Source: Klebsormidium nitens (taxonomy: Eukaryota > Plantae > Klebsormidiophyceae). From it: a stretch of DNA of 64,000 bases. The stretch lies in assembly GCA_000708835.1 (NCBI GenBank), contig DF236988.1:62001-126000 (forward strand), written 5' to 3'. Made by a program: the position numbers and the translations under genes. Below the pieces are notes generated by a model. It saw nothing but the letters and a program-made list of their open reading frames with translations, ran no database searches and was not told the DNA's origin. This document shows positions 23,012 to 34,751 of the stretch, in pieces (position 1 is the stretch's first letter; every line of letters begins with the position of its first letter).

Positions 23012-26000
23012 ATGGCCGCGGGAGCCGTCCAGGCGAGGAAAGTCCCCCTGGGGCAGGGCGGCCGCACTCAAATTTCTGATCACACTCAAACCTCCGATCT
23101 GTGGCCCAAACTGGGCAACACGGAAGGACAGTTTGACGACGCTCCCGAAGACGATGTGGCGCCGATGTCAACGGCGTCGAGAGAGCTGTACAGTGCGGAA
23201 TTGAATTTGGAGGGGGAGGAGGGCAACGTTGGAAAGAAGCAAGAGGAGGTAGAACTAGACGAGGAAGAAGAGGAGGAGGACGAGGATGAAGAGGAAGAGG
23301 AGGTGCTGGAAGCCCTGGATTGGGTGGACCTTAGAGAAGGTAAGAGGAGCCGGTGTGATGGTAATGGTAGAGAAAGGTGGTATGGTAAATGCTGATTAGG
23401 AGCTGGGTTTGAAGCAATTTTCTATTGAAAAAGTGGTGAATATGGTCTTTGAAAGGATGAAGATGTGACATCATGGGGCCAACCAATCAGTATGACCAGA
23501 CGGAAAGAGTGGTGCAAAGCATGAGTCGCTGGGCAACAGGGGAACAAGCCGCCTATGACTTTATTAGGGGCTGGTTGTAAGAATAGCGTCGATGGCGGTC
23601 GTTGAAAATTTACTCTTTCCAGCAAGTTAGGGTTAGGGTTAGTGCATTTTTGAGGGTGGCCGTATGATCAGCGGTTGAACGTCAGATACGCTCTATACGA
23701 TTGGCATTCTTATGTTGCTTGATTTGTGGTTTCGGCATTGCCTATTTGTTTTTTGTCGCCATACCACTCACACGTGTGCTGTCTTCTTGGCAGATTTGGA
23801 AAGTAGGCCCCTTCACCATCTCATATAGCAGCTCCTTTCTTCCCTCTTCAAAGTTGATACGACGTTCATGCATTAGCACCAAAACTTCAGTTTTTCTCCT
23901 GCAAGTGGTGTAAAGCAAAAAATCCTAGCCAATCCTGTTTTTCATGTCCACAATTCTATCCGCAGTTTCAAGTCGTGAGCTTCTTTTTGTCAGTTCTCAT
24001 GAGGATAGACTGGATTGATCTTTGGACCCGCTGAAACAAGCTTGAATTCTGCGCTGCAGATCTTGAGTCCCGTGGGAGCGCTCACGGACTTGGCAGCTTC
24101 TCTGGGGTGCACAGGCGGCCAAACGCATTCGGGGGGGTCCACAACACTGGCAATCGTACCCCCTCAGATGGAACCGGTAGCTTGCAGCCCCGGGGGGTGC
24201 GGCAGCAGCACAAGTTCATCGGAAGGATCAATCCAGGACAGCTGGTGGGTTTTTATTATTTGGTTATAATACGAGTTGTGCAGTTTGACTTTGTGAGAAG
24301 CTGAGGTAGCTAGCAAGCCCAACAGGTCCAAGGTACAGCTGTGTCAAACTATGAAGTGCCCAATGCTGAGGCGAGTCGTTGAGATGCGTCAGCCGCCATA
24401 ACATAACGTGGGCTGCTCGCATGGGGGCCGCTGATTTTTTGCTGCTTGAACGTCATGGGACAGGCGGCAGCTTACTGATGGTTTGTCAGACTGCAGCTTA
24501 CCTACTTCAGAGCATTAAGAAAGTGGTTTTGATGAATGGTCCTATGTTTTGATCTAGAAGAAGGATGGTGCGATTGCAGTTGATGATATCGACGGTCTGA
24601 CTCTGGACAGAAGTTGCCGATGTCTCACTCAACGAACGCTTGGATTCTGGACCCTTGAAGTCTCTGCTTCTGGAACCACAGGACATGGATGTCGCACCTT
24701 CTATGTCCAACTCGGTGGCCACCTCGATCAAGGAGAACGCGCGCAAGGAGGCGGCCGGGCGCATCCGGTCAACAGAGAAAGCTGACAGGGCGACTGTCGA
24801 GCAGGTGGGCGGACTTTTCCATTCACTGCTCTCCTTCTTAAGCGCTGGAATCATCTGCAGCTATTTGGAACAGAGCTCTTGGGCACATCTAAGACTGATT
24901 GGATTGACAGACGTTTCGGTTTTGCTGCTCTTAATGTGAAGAGTCGGACCGATTGCAAACGTCAAACACGGAGCCTTTGTGCACAGTTTGGTTGGCGATT
25001 TCCAAGAAACTTCACCCCCGTATTGGTTTGTCGTTCTCCTGGCAGGCGCTCGACCCCCGCACCCGGATGGTCCTTTTTAAGATGCTCAACCGGGGTGTGT
25101 TTCAAGAGATCAACGGCTGCATCTCCACTGGAAAAGAGGTGAGGAAAGGGACTAGGGTACAGTTTACTATGGAACTCGCTACAGCATGAGATTTTGCAGC
25201 AAAGTTGCACATGGACTCCTTTCTTCTATGCTCTTTCGAGACACTGAAAAGGAAAAGCTTCGGTGCAAGAGTGAGAAATAAAGACGTTCGCCTCAACAAC
25301 AGAAACCGTTGTGAGGTCAATCACATGGTTGCTGGACCGCGTTTTATGTCGAATAGTAATATTGCTGGCCAGGCTTTGCTGATCTCCTTTCTGTCCTCGT
25401 CTTTGAAGCCTTGGTTTGTGCGATACATTCAATTGGAGGCAGGCCTGAGCCGTGGATGCTTCTTGACTTGCCGGGGTTCAGGCAACATTTGAAGCTGCCA
25501 TCCCGGCATTTTGAGAGCGACGTCTCTTCCCCTCTTCTGAGGCTCTTCGCCTCCTTCTCGTTCAGCTATTGGTGACTGAAAGGGGCGCCCTCGTTGTGAG
25601 GTGCGAACGACGGAGATCTTTGAGCGGCACAGGTGTCCTACGTCGCTGATTTGTGCCTTACGCTCTGCAGGCGAATGTGTACCATGCAGCGACAGAGAGC
25701 GGGAGCGAGATCGCGATCAAGGTCTACAAGACGTCCATCCTCGTCTTCAAGTAAGCGCGCCGCCATCCTCAAAAGAGCTTTTCTTGTTCGGACGTTGCGT
25801 GCCTTTTTTAAAGGGCCTTGACAAATGCCGTACTCTTTACTAGAGTGCTTGACCGCGAGGAGTCGAAATTCGCTTCTCGAGTCTTCGCCGTGACTTTGTT
25901 CTTCCTGGTCACAATTCTCAAATAGTGACTGTGACTGGCAGTTCTTCACAACTGAGCTGTTGACGCCATGACCAACGGTTTTGTTTCCAGCAGAACCTTC

Positions 26001-29000
26001 AGCGGTGGGCACAATTGTCAGGTCACTGGTGAGCCGATGAAGTAGCAATCTCTATCTCTTTTTGAAACGGTACTCCGAGATCAGGCGATCGGTTTGTCTT
26101 ACTACATTGGCGGTGTTTATTTTGCAGGGACCGAGACCGGTATGTGCAGGGTGATTTTCGGTTCCGTCACGGCTATAGCAAGAGCAACCCGCGCAAGATG
26201 GTCAAGACCTGGGCCGAGAAGGAGATGCGAAACCTCATGAGGTGAGCAGCCGTCCCTCTGACTGTCTGTAGAGCTGCTGCGTTCGGCTTTGTGGGATACA
26301 ACAGTCTTCGAGTCGACTGATTAGCACACGTCTCTTCATTGTCCAGCGTCGGAGCACAACTCTTTCGCTGATGCCTTTGCACCGCACCATGAGCTCTTGG
26401 GATCGCGGTCCGTATTCAGTGGAGCTGGATGAGGCTCCAATGGTTCCAAACGCGTCCCCGCAGACCTCATTCTCTACGGGGAGTCGCTGGTATGCAAGCA
26501 CCCCAGTTTTCACCAAGTCTACGGGAGCATTTCTGTGGCGTTCTATCCCAAGTGGCATTTTGATTGCTTTTCTAAAGGTTACAGTAGTGACATACGTGTT
26601 TTACTGACATAGTGTCTGCTGTACTCCCCCCAGATTGAACAGCGCGGGCATTCGCTGCCCTCAGCCGCTCCTGCTGCGGCTCCACGTCTTAGTGATGACG
26701 TTCATTGGAACCAACAGCTGGGCCGCGCCGCGCCTCAAAGATGCGGCGCTCTCCGCCGAGAAGCTGGGGGCGCTCTATGTCGAGGTACGTACCTTCCGGG
26801 CTGGAGTGAAACGGTGACATCATGTTCTTAGGTAGCGAGGCTTGTAATGCTTGACGAAAGGGAGGGTCAGAATCCTGACATGGTCAGTGTTCAACAAGGA
26901 GATGCTGGGTGGTTGAAGAACCTTGCAAAGCGTTTCCATTTTCCAGCTCCGTGAACCGGATACAAACGTCACGCATTATAGTGCTCAAGGATAATTGAGA
27001 TGCTCTTCGACACGGTCCACTAGAAGCTGACGCAATCGCAAGAAGAATAGGAAAGAGCGAGATGACAAGAAAGTGCGCTGCTGCTGACAATCTTCTTGAC
27101 AACCGTTTCGTTCAGGCTACGTAGCTTCATCTTTCTGAAACGGGCAGTTTCGCTTCATAAAGGCGCGTTTGAGAACTTTCGCCTCTGCTTTTTTTCGCTA
27201 AGCGGCAGCCCCTCTTCGTTCACCGCGGTGCGCTTCAGAGTTTCCTTTTCACTCGTCTGTTCCACAATTGGTCGCCGGTCTGTCCGCCTGATTTTGATTG
27301 ATTCCACCCTCTCTGTGGCCTCGTTTTCTTTTCCGGCCACGCGCTCTCCCCTTCAATGTTATGGATCACTGGCTTTTCCGTCTGGTTTTGTTTGAGTCGC
27401 TCCCCCGCTATTTCGTCTCCCAACACCCAGCATTTTTGCGTTGTCTCCGCAGTGCCTGCTCGCGATGCGCACCATGTACACCAAGTGTCACCTGGTACAC
27501 GGCGACCTGAGCGAGTACAACATCCTGTACTTCGAGGTACGCATTCACACCGGGCGGAGGGGTCTGCCTGCGCCGCATGATGACGCAGTCTTGCAGTGCA
27601 TGATGACGCAATGACGGCCGATTTTTCTTTGTCCAAACAGTGCTTAAGAATCCGCTTTCTGGTGTGACTCAGGCGTGGATGTAAGTCTGTGCCAGCCTGC
27701 TAGGCGGAGATGTAAACAGGCGCTAGAGATAGGAAGACGGGGTGTGAACAGGCGCTCGTCTGTCTTCGCAGGGCCACTTGTACATCATCGACGTGTCGCA
27801 GTCGGTGGACCTGGACCACCCCCGCGCGCTCGACTTCTTGCGGGAGGATTGCCTGCACGTCACGGTGAGTTGCGCGGCAGTTTCTTTTTCGACACTTAAA
27901 GAGCGACCTGCTTCGACATCGTCACGCTAGACTGCTTGGGATATTTGGATCTGTCGAAGGTTGTCCTTGATTTCAAGGAAGCTCTGAATCCTATAGTTGT
28001 CAAATCAGGGATTGTTTGCGCTAGGAATATAGTGGGTATGTTACCAGCGGAGAGCTGTTGAGTGGTTACGGTGCGGAGCAGGTGCTGTTGAGGATTCGGG
28101 TCATAGTTGTCGGTTAAGGAGCTTCCTACCGTAAAGCCTTGTTGTCCTCAATCCGGATTTATCTGGTCCGCATCATACAAACCTTTCCGCAACTCTGAGA
28201 ACAACTGACCTTTCCTCTAAGGAATGAGGCCTTCCGCAGCTGAGTCGCCTCCCGCTGTGCCCCTCGCTATGGGCTCTTCCTCGGACATTCTGTCGTGACG
28301 TCAGCGAGCGGCCGCGTCTTTTAATACCCTTTCCGGGGCTTGCAGGACTTTTTCCGGCGGAGCGGGGTTGCCACGATGAGCGTGCGCGAGCTCTTTGACT
28401 TCGTGACAGACCCGACATTGCAGGACGACAAAGTCGATGACTATCTGGATGCGGTGAGTTTTGCAGCCAAATATGTTTGCAGCTGTAGGGCTGCAAAGGC
28501 CTGAAGTGCTGTGTGCTTTTATTGGGGTGACGGGCGTTGAATTGTTGTGGTTTTTGATTTTGGCTTTGAGGGTGTCAGATGTGGTATTATTCTTCGAGTA
28601 CTGCGCCTCCATGGTTTCACCGGTGGTGAAGAACCCGTACTATCTCCATTTTTGGAAAGCCCTGCCACAGTCTTTCAAGAGGCCACTCTGCGGTGTATTA
28701 GGTGCAAAAGGCTTGGGTAAAGCGAGCCGGCCTTGGTTATTACGAGCTTCGCGTTGTTCTCTTCGGCAGAGTCATCGTAGCCTCGTTCTCACAATGTTGG
28801 TGCTAATTGCTTGCTTCTAACGGTTGAATGATCAATGTGCTGACAGATGCAAGAGCGGATCAAGAACCGGCCGGCGGATCAGACCGGGGAGGAGCAGGTA
28901 GCGGAAGCAGTCTTTGTCCAGGTAAGACATCTGCAAGCGGCTTGGCGTTCCCTCTGCTCTAAATCTTTGATTCTGGTTGCATCGCCTCCGGAATAACAGT

Positions 29001-30024
29001 ACGTCACAGATTGCGGCTATCTGGCAGAGCCCAAAGGAAGACTTTTCTGTTCTGGTTGATTCCCTATTCTTTGTACACGTGAGCATCTGTCCATCGTCAC
29101 CAGGGTTTGCGGGTTGCGAGTTTGCAGCGAGTGACTAGGTGTCTTGTCAGCGGATTGCGTTAGCAGGCTCGTCTCTGTGTCTGACGTGCCCTTTTCCCCC
29201 CCAAGTTTTGCACCCCCTCGCAGCACGATACAGTCCGGCGACAATCGGTTTATCATGTTTGTCCCCCGTGATTGGTGCGGCTTGGGTCATATTCTACCTT
29301 TTCTGGCGTTTGTGGGCGAATCGCCGAAAACGGTGCTGCAACGAACTTGAGTTTTACCACCACCTTTTTAAGGAATCGCAACCGTTGTTGCCGACTGCCA
29401 TATCCCTGCCACGACCATTGCAGTCGACGAGTTTGCGTCTCTTTGAGCTGACCGCCCCGGTCGGCTTCTTCGCTGCAGTCCTTCATCCCAAAAAGGTTGG
29501 ACGAGGTCGCCAACTTTGAGCGGGACGCGGACCGAATAACGTCGGGAAAAGACACCGAGGGCATCTACTATCAGAACATTACCGGTATGAAGGATGACTT
29601 GTCGGGGGTACGGGAAACGCCCACATTGCTGACGAGCAAAGCGAGAGGGACAGAAGAAACGGCAGCCATACGGGATGGCAGCGGCCGGCAATCTGAGGCG
29701 GCAGCCGCTGCTGAGAGTAGAAGCGGAAATTCAGAGGGGGGAGAATCGGATAGGATGGACAAGGGGGGGGAGGAAAGGCACAGTGAGCAGGGGGGGGAGA
29801 GTGACTCGGATACGAGTGGAAGCAGTGAGTCGGAAAGTGACGGGGAGGGGAGCGACGGGTTAGAAAAGGAGGGGAAAGATAGGGACGCCGAAAGGGCGGC
29901 GCGGAAAGAGCATAAGCGGAAAGTGAAGGAGGAGAAGCGGGAGCAGCGGAAGGTAAAGGTGCCGAAGGCGCTCAAAAAGAAGAAGATGAAAAAGGCCAAG
30001 GAGAAGGGCAGGACCAAGAAGTAG
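23012..30024 (+). CDS. RIO1: RIO1 atypical Ser/Thr kinase (40S ribosome maturation), about 13 exons
   Basis: Exons encode [10 protein letters not shown]|[25 protein letters not shown]|[19 protein letters not shown]|[58 protein letters not shown] and a Lys-rich C-terminus ending at 30024. Confidence 0.96.
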
Positions 30025-31449
30025 CTTCAATTGCTGTCTCGCATGTCTTGAAGAAACGTTAGGCTTGGAAAGTGGTCGCGAAATTTATCAAGTGCGCCCG
30101 CACATCTTCGTGCTGAAGATCCCCTCAGTGCCCTCGTGTTTCAGTCGCATGCCAGCTGGCTGTTCACGTGTCCATCTCATAAGACGAAAACGTCAAATTA
30201 CGAACATGGGCTTAGCTAGGGTCATGGCCCGTGTGAAATGTACGGGCCGCGACCGCGCATGCATCGAGCCAAGGAGTTCGACTGCTTGCACTCGTCGAGA
30301 ATCACTCACTGGCGGAAGCGCACAGATCAGCGACCCCAAATCACTTCAAATCGTTCAAACATAAGGGGCCCGGTCGATTCAAAGAGCCTGTTGAGTGAGC
30401 GTTCTATAGTAGACGTGCAATAAGGGCAATGCCTGATACATACAGATTTTGAAGCATGTGTACGGCGTGTGCGTAATCATGAATTGAAGAATCCGCTCCT
30501 GTGGCTGGCCTCATTCGAGGCATGGACTGCATATTTCAGCAGGCATGCAGCATGGCTGTTCCCTTTTAAGTGCAATGATACTTCTGAAATTCCCATATAT
30601 CTCTGCATACGTACAGCGGCCGTACAGGCACAAAAGTGAACCGACTTTAAGGTCTTAACTGCCTTGACAATGCACGCGTATATATGCACGCAACTTTGAG
30701 CTACCTGAATTTTGTGCAGCATACGTGGTCTAGAAACGGTCGACAGCTTCGACAAAGCAAGCTGAACGTGGCGGCTGGGGCAGGCGCGAGCGGCCGCTCC
30801 CTGCATATATGATGTACTAGAGCGATCGCAAATCCTGTATGAGATGCGTTCAGCTTCGACGGTTGTGCGTGCAATCTGTTAGTACATGGTAAATACGAAG
30901 GGGACATGGTCTTCGTTCGAAGGAGATTGCCGATGAAAATCAAGAGCTGGCCCGAACTGCGTCACCAGAGGCAATCGGTAGCACAATTTGATGGCGGGAA
31001 TGGCAAAGTCGAGGACAGAGCCAAGGTTAGACGAGCGCTGTAAAATGGATGTTGCAAGGCTACTCGAGATCAGGAGTTGACCGTTCCATTGCGCCTCTCC
31101 ATACCCCAGTCTTCCGGCCGGCTTATCCTTGACGGCCCCCGACTATCTCTGGTATCTACTCACTACTTTGACAACCAGCCAACTCGAGTAAAAACGTTTG
31201 CTTTCTCCACCCTTCCTCGACAGTCTGAATTTACTTTCTCACAATTTCTCTCCAAAAGTACTGGACGCTGCTCCGGAGCTCTTACCAAAATCAGACCTCA
31301 ATGTCATCTCGACGCCCTTCGAACGAGCAAACCCATCGAGCCTCCGTCTACGAAAACCGAGTCCTGGATATCTTCCCAAGCGCCTACATCCCGCTCGCGA
31401 CAAGTAACCTAACACCTTCGGAGCCTCTTTCATCCGCAAAAACGAAAGT

Positions 31450-32022
31450 CTAGATTGCTGCCGCGGCCTTGGGAGCAGGGGCCGGGGTATACGCCTTGAT
31501 CGCCTTTCCCAGCAGATACTCCAGCTGCCTCTTGAGAGCTTTGCTGGGCAGCCCCAAAAACTTGGGCTCGAGCGCGGCCGCGTATTTGCCCACCGCCGAT
31601 AGCGTATCCTCCAGCACCCACACGATCGGCTGGTCGTACCCGTCGCCCACGAAGAGCGCCGTCTTCGCGGCGAGTTCCGCCGACACGTCCTTCTGCGCGC
31701 GCACGATCGCCTTCAAGTTGCCCTCGATCTCCGCTTGCTCTTCGTCGGTGAGGGGGTTCAGGCGGGGGGTGGGAATCGGCTCCAGGTCGATCGTGCCCAC
31801 GTTATACTTCTCGTGGACGTCCGCGAGAAGGCCGAACACGAGCGGCGCCTTCTCGGCGACGTTGGACTCGTCGATGGTTTTGAGGAAGTCGGCCGCGGCG
31901 GAGGTGGCGGTAACGATCGCCTGGGAGTCGGCCTTGAGCGTTTCGGCGAGGTCGGCCGCGTTGACGGCGGAGACCGCCAGGAGCGTCGCCAGGTAGAGGA
32001 ACGAGGTCAATTTGGGAGCCAT
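31450..32022 (-). CDS. Intronless secreted helical protein resembling fungal UVI-1/HsbA-type proteins
   Basis: 190-aa ORF with very GC-rich third codon positions and a signal peptide (MAPKLTSFLYLATLLAVSAVNA). Amphipathic helices, C-terminal LLGKAIKAY. A splice acceptor (tttctgcag|ccacaATG) lies just upstream. Family assignment is from recall. Confidence 0.8.
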   Translation of the reverse strand: MAPKLTSFLYLATLLAVSAVNAADLAETLKADSQAIVTATSAAADFLKTIDESNVAEKAPLVFGLLADVHEKYNVGTIDLEPIPTPRLNPLTDEEQAEIEGNLKAIVRAQKDVSAELAAKTALFVGDGYDQPIVWVLEDTLSAVGKYAAALEPKFLGLPSKALKRQLEYLLGKAIKAYTPAPAPKAAAAI

Positions 32023-34751
32023 TGTGGCTGCAGAAAGGTGGGAAATTGTCGGAACTTGGAGTGAGATGTGAATGGATGATCATTCATTCTTTTTGATTCG
32101 TTTGGTTCTGATTCTGTTTGAATCTATCTGATTCGTTCATTCTGTTCATTCGGCGACTGACTGGTAGAGATTGGGGGCTGCAAGGAAGAAGGCAAAAAGT
32201 CGGAGCAAAGGCGAGAGACGTCACGACTCTATTTATTTGTTAAGTTACAATCAAGTACAGCCCTTCGCAAACAAATGCTCGAGAGCGCACCGGTAAATCC
32301 GATGAAGAAGCAAGAAGAAGATGGTTTGAGCGCCAAAGCTCGTGATTGGAGGGTGTTTGTCACCATGGGATTGGGCTCCACTTTTACAACGAAAACCTAT
32401 GTTTTTGGCAATGTGACGCCCCAGCTCGCTTGCTAAAAGTGTCCTTCAATCCCTCCTGGTGGCCGCAATATGTTTCACTGCAGCAAGCTAGGTGGTTGCG
32501 TGCACCGCATCAAAACGCGTTTTGCATTCAGTCTGCTTTGACACGACTTCAGGTTGTAAGATACGGATTGAAGAATGGCATCTGCTCTTTCCTCACAAAA
32601 GCTGTTGATATGGAGCCAGAATTGAGGATGTCCGTCCTTCCACAAGCTGTTGACACGACGTAGTAGTGAGCATGTGAAAAGAACTTGAAGACTGGAGTGC
32701 TTGTTAATAAATCGCTCTTGTGTTTGCCTGGCAACACCCTTGCTTGGGAAATGTAGGTCTGATGGACCACCACGCTAAGTATCGTTCTAAAAATCCGAGC
32801 ACAAATACCCTATTATCAAAAATCACAGAAATGCAGTGACAATGACATATCATCAAAGTTCATTCATTGCTCACAATCCACTATCAATGATAGAGTTCAC
32901 CTGATTCAAATCTGCTTCAAACCTTTGAACTTTCCTTCTCAGCTTTCATCAGGAAACAAATGGCATTCGATACAAGAATATTCAAAGTACGGGCTTTTCT
33001 CTTGAAGGAAAGTGGACAGCTTTTCCAGGCCAAACCCTGCAGCAAAAGGTTGCATTCTGTTGCTATGACGGAGATTGCAAGCTTAGACCTTTATCTGTTA
33101 CGGATGGTAGTGCTGAATGACAGGCTTAGAGTTGCTGTGATTTACCAGACTCAATTCTAGTTCCCTTAACTTCTTGAAGATCAAGGTTAGTCTGATTCAA
33201 ATTTAAGCACACACGTCGTTTCAACTCTTTGAAGGCAGGAATCCGTGGAGAGAGCAACTTAGATGCATTCCCAATGAAGAGCCTCCAAAACCCAATGATA
33301 AACAAACCTAATGATAAACAATGATCTTGGCAACAATTACGTCTTTGATTGTGTGTCCATTTGTGGGCATTGTTTACAACTCTGATGGTGTCCAGGTTCG
33401 AGAGAGAAGCAATCTGATCAGAGGCTGCATTATATGTTCATAGTGTCGAGGAGATCGCACTGATGTACTAGGTTCCTGATGACACCATTGAATCAAAAGC
33501 ATGTCACAACAAGCTGACCCTGTTCACAACATTAGCGTTGCTGAACATGACACATAAGTACACAGAAGAGAAGGACAGGAGAGACAGGAAGCAGGATAGA
33601 AGAAGCCAGAGATCTGCAGACAACGAAGAAACATGGAAAAAAAGAAACGTGCATGCAGAATTGGCGGATGGAAGGAAGTTCTCACTCTCTACTCTTGGAG
33701 CAAGTCGCAGCCTCTGCAAGCGAATGCTCACACTTACGCCTCCGCTCGGCTCTTCACGTTGCCGCTGGTTCAGCTCTCGACGTCTCTTGCGCAACTGGGT
33801 CCTCGCAAAGGCTTGAAGAATGTTTCTGTTGAGAGAAGCAACGAAGGACTTTCAAGCTACAAGCCCCTGATAAGAGAGTGCACTTTTGTGGGTCTGTAGG
33901 TTCTAGACTGGAGATTCCCTTGTTGCGCCCTTCGGAGTCTACTAGGTAGGTACTTACAGAGGTGCAGTTGGACGGCCGGAAATCAGACTGGGCATCAAGA
34001 CGCTGAAGCCTGAAGATAAGGTAGGGAGTCCTACTGCCGGTAGGTACAATTCATAGGGTGCCAAAGTGCACTGGAATTGACGTGTCAGGTACCTGCATGC
34101 CTAATTACGGTATCTAGTACCTATCTACCGTATCTGTGGCCGACTCTGGAGTACCAAGTACCTACCTGCATACCTACCTAGATCCTGTGGACCTGTGGAC
34201 TCCAAGTTGAGGCTTGAATTTTGAAGTACCGGTACTAGTAAAATCCAGAATTGGGTACCAGACCTTGCAGCTAGAAGGAAACGGTCGTGTTTTAGTGGCC
34301 GCGAAAGTCGATACCAGTACGCTAGCCCGCTGCAGTAGGCTGGCAGCTCAGGATGGACTCAGTAGGTAACGGCAACCGGGCGGTCCTGCCGTCCTAGGCG
34401 GCGACCGGTTTGTACTTCCGAGATCGAACGATCCCGCATGTCGTCAAAATAATCATTATCCCGATCGTTTCGGATACCGAATTCCGGAATCCGGCGGCAA
34501 GATCCGGCCTGGCGCCGGATGTCCGCTCTCCGCAGGACTTTTCACGTCCGCGGCCGCGGCCCGCAGCTATATTAGACGCGTCTTCGCGGGCGGCCGCGTC
34601 GAAATCCTGGCAGAAGCGTTCCGCTTCCGGTGAGTACTCTTCCGCGACGAGCTTAACTAATCGATCATCGACGGAAGGCACCCCAAGAACTTCAGAACTT
34701 TGTGCTGTCCCATGCTCTCCCCTGTCCTCTTTCTCTGGACAGCCTGCAGCC

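Noticed and set aside
29571-30017. Ser-rich, hydrophobic minus-strand ORF
   Set aside because: Antisense shadow of the charged RIO1 C-terminal exon.
33900-34300. taggtag/tacctac/ggtacc-rich stretch upstream of RPL24
   Set aside because: No terminal repeats, target-site duplication or transposase remnant to support a mobile element call.
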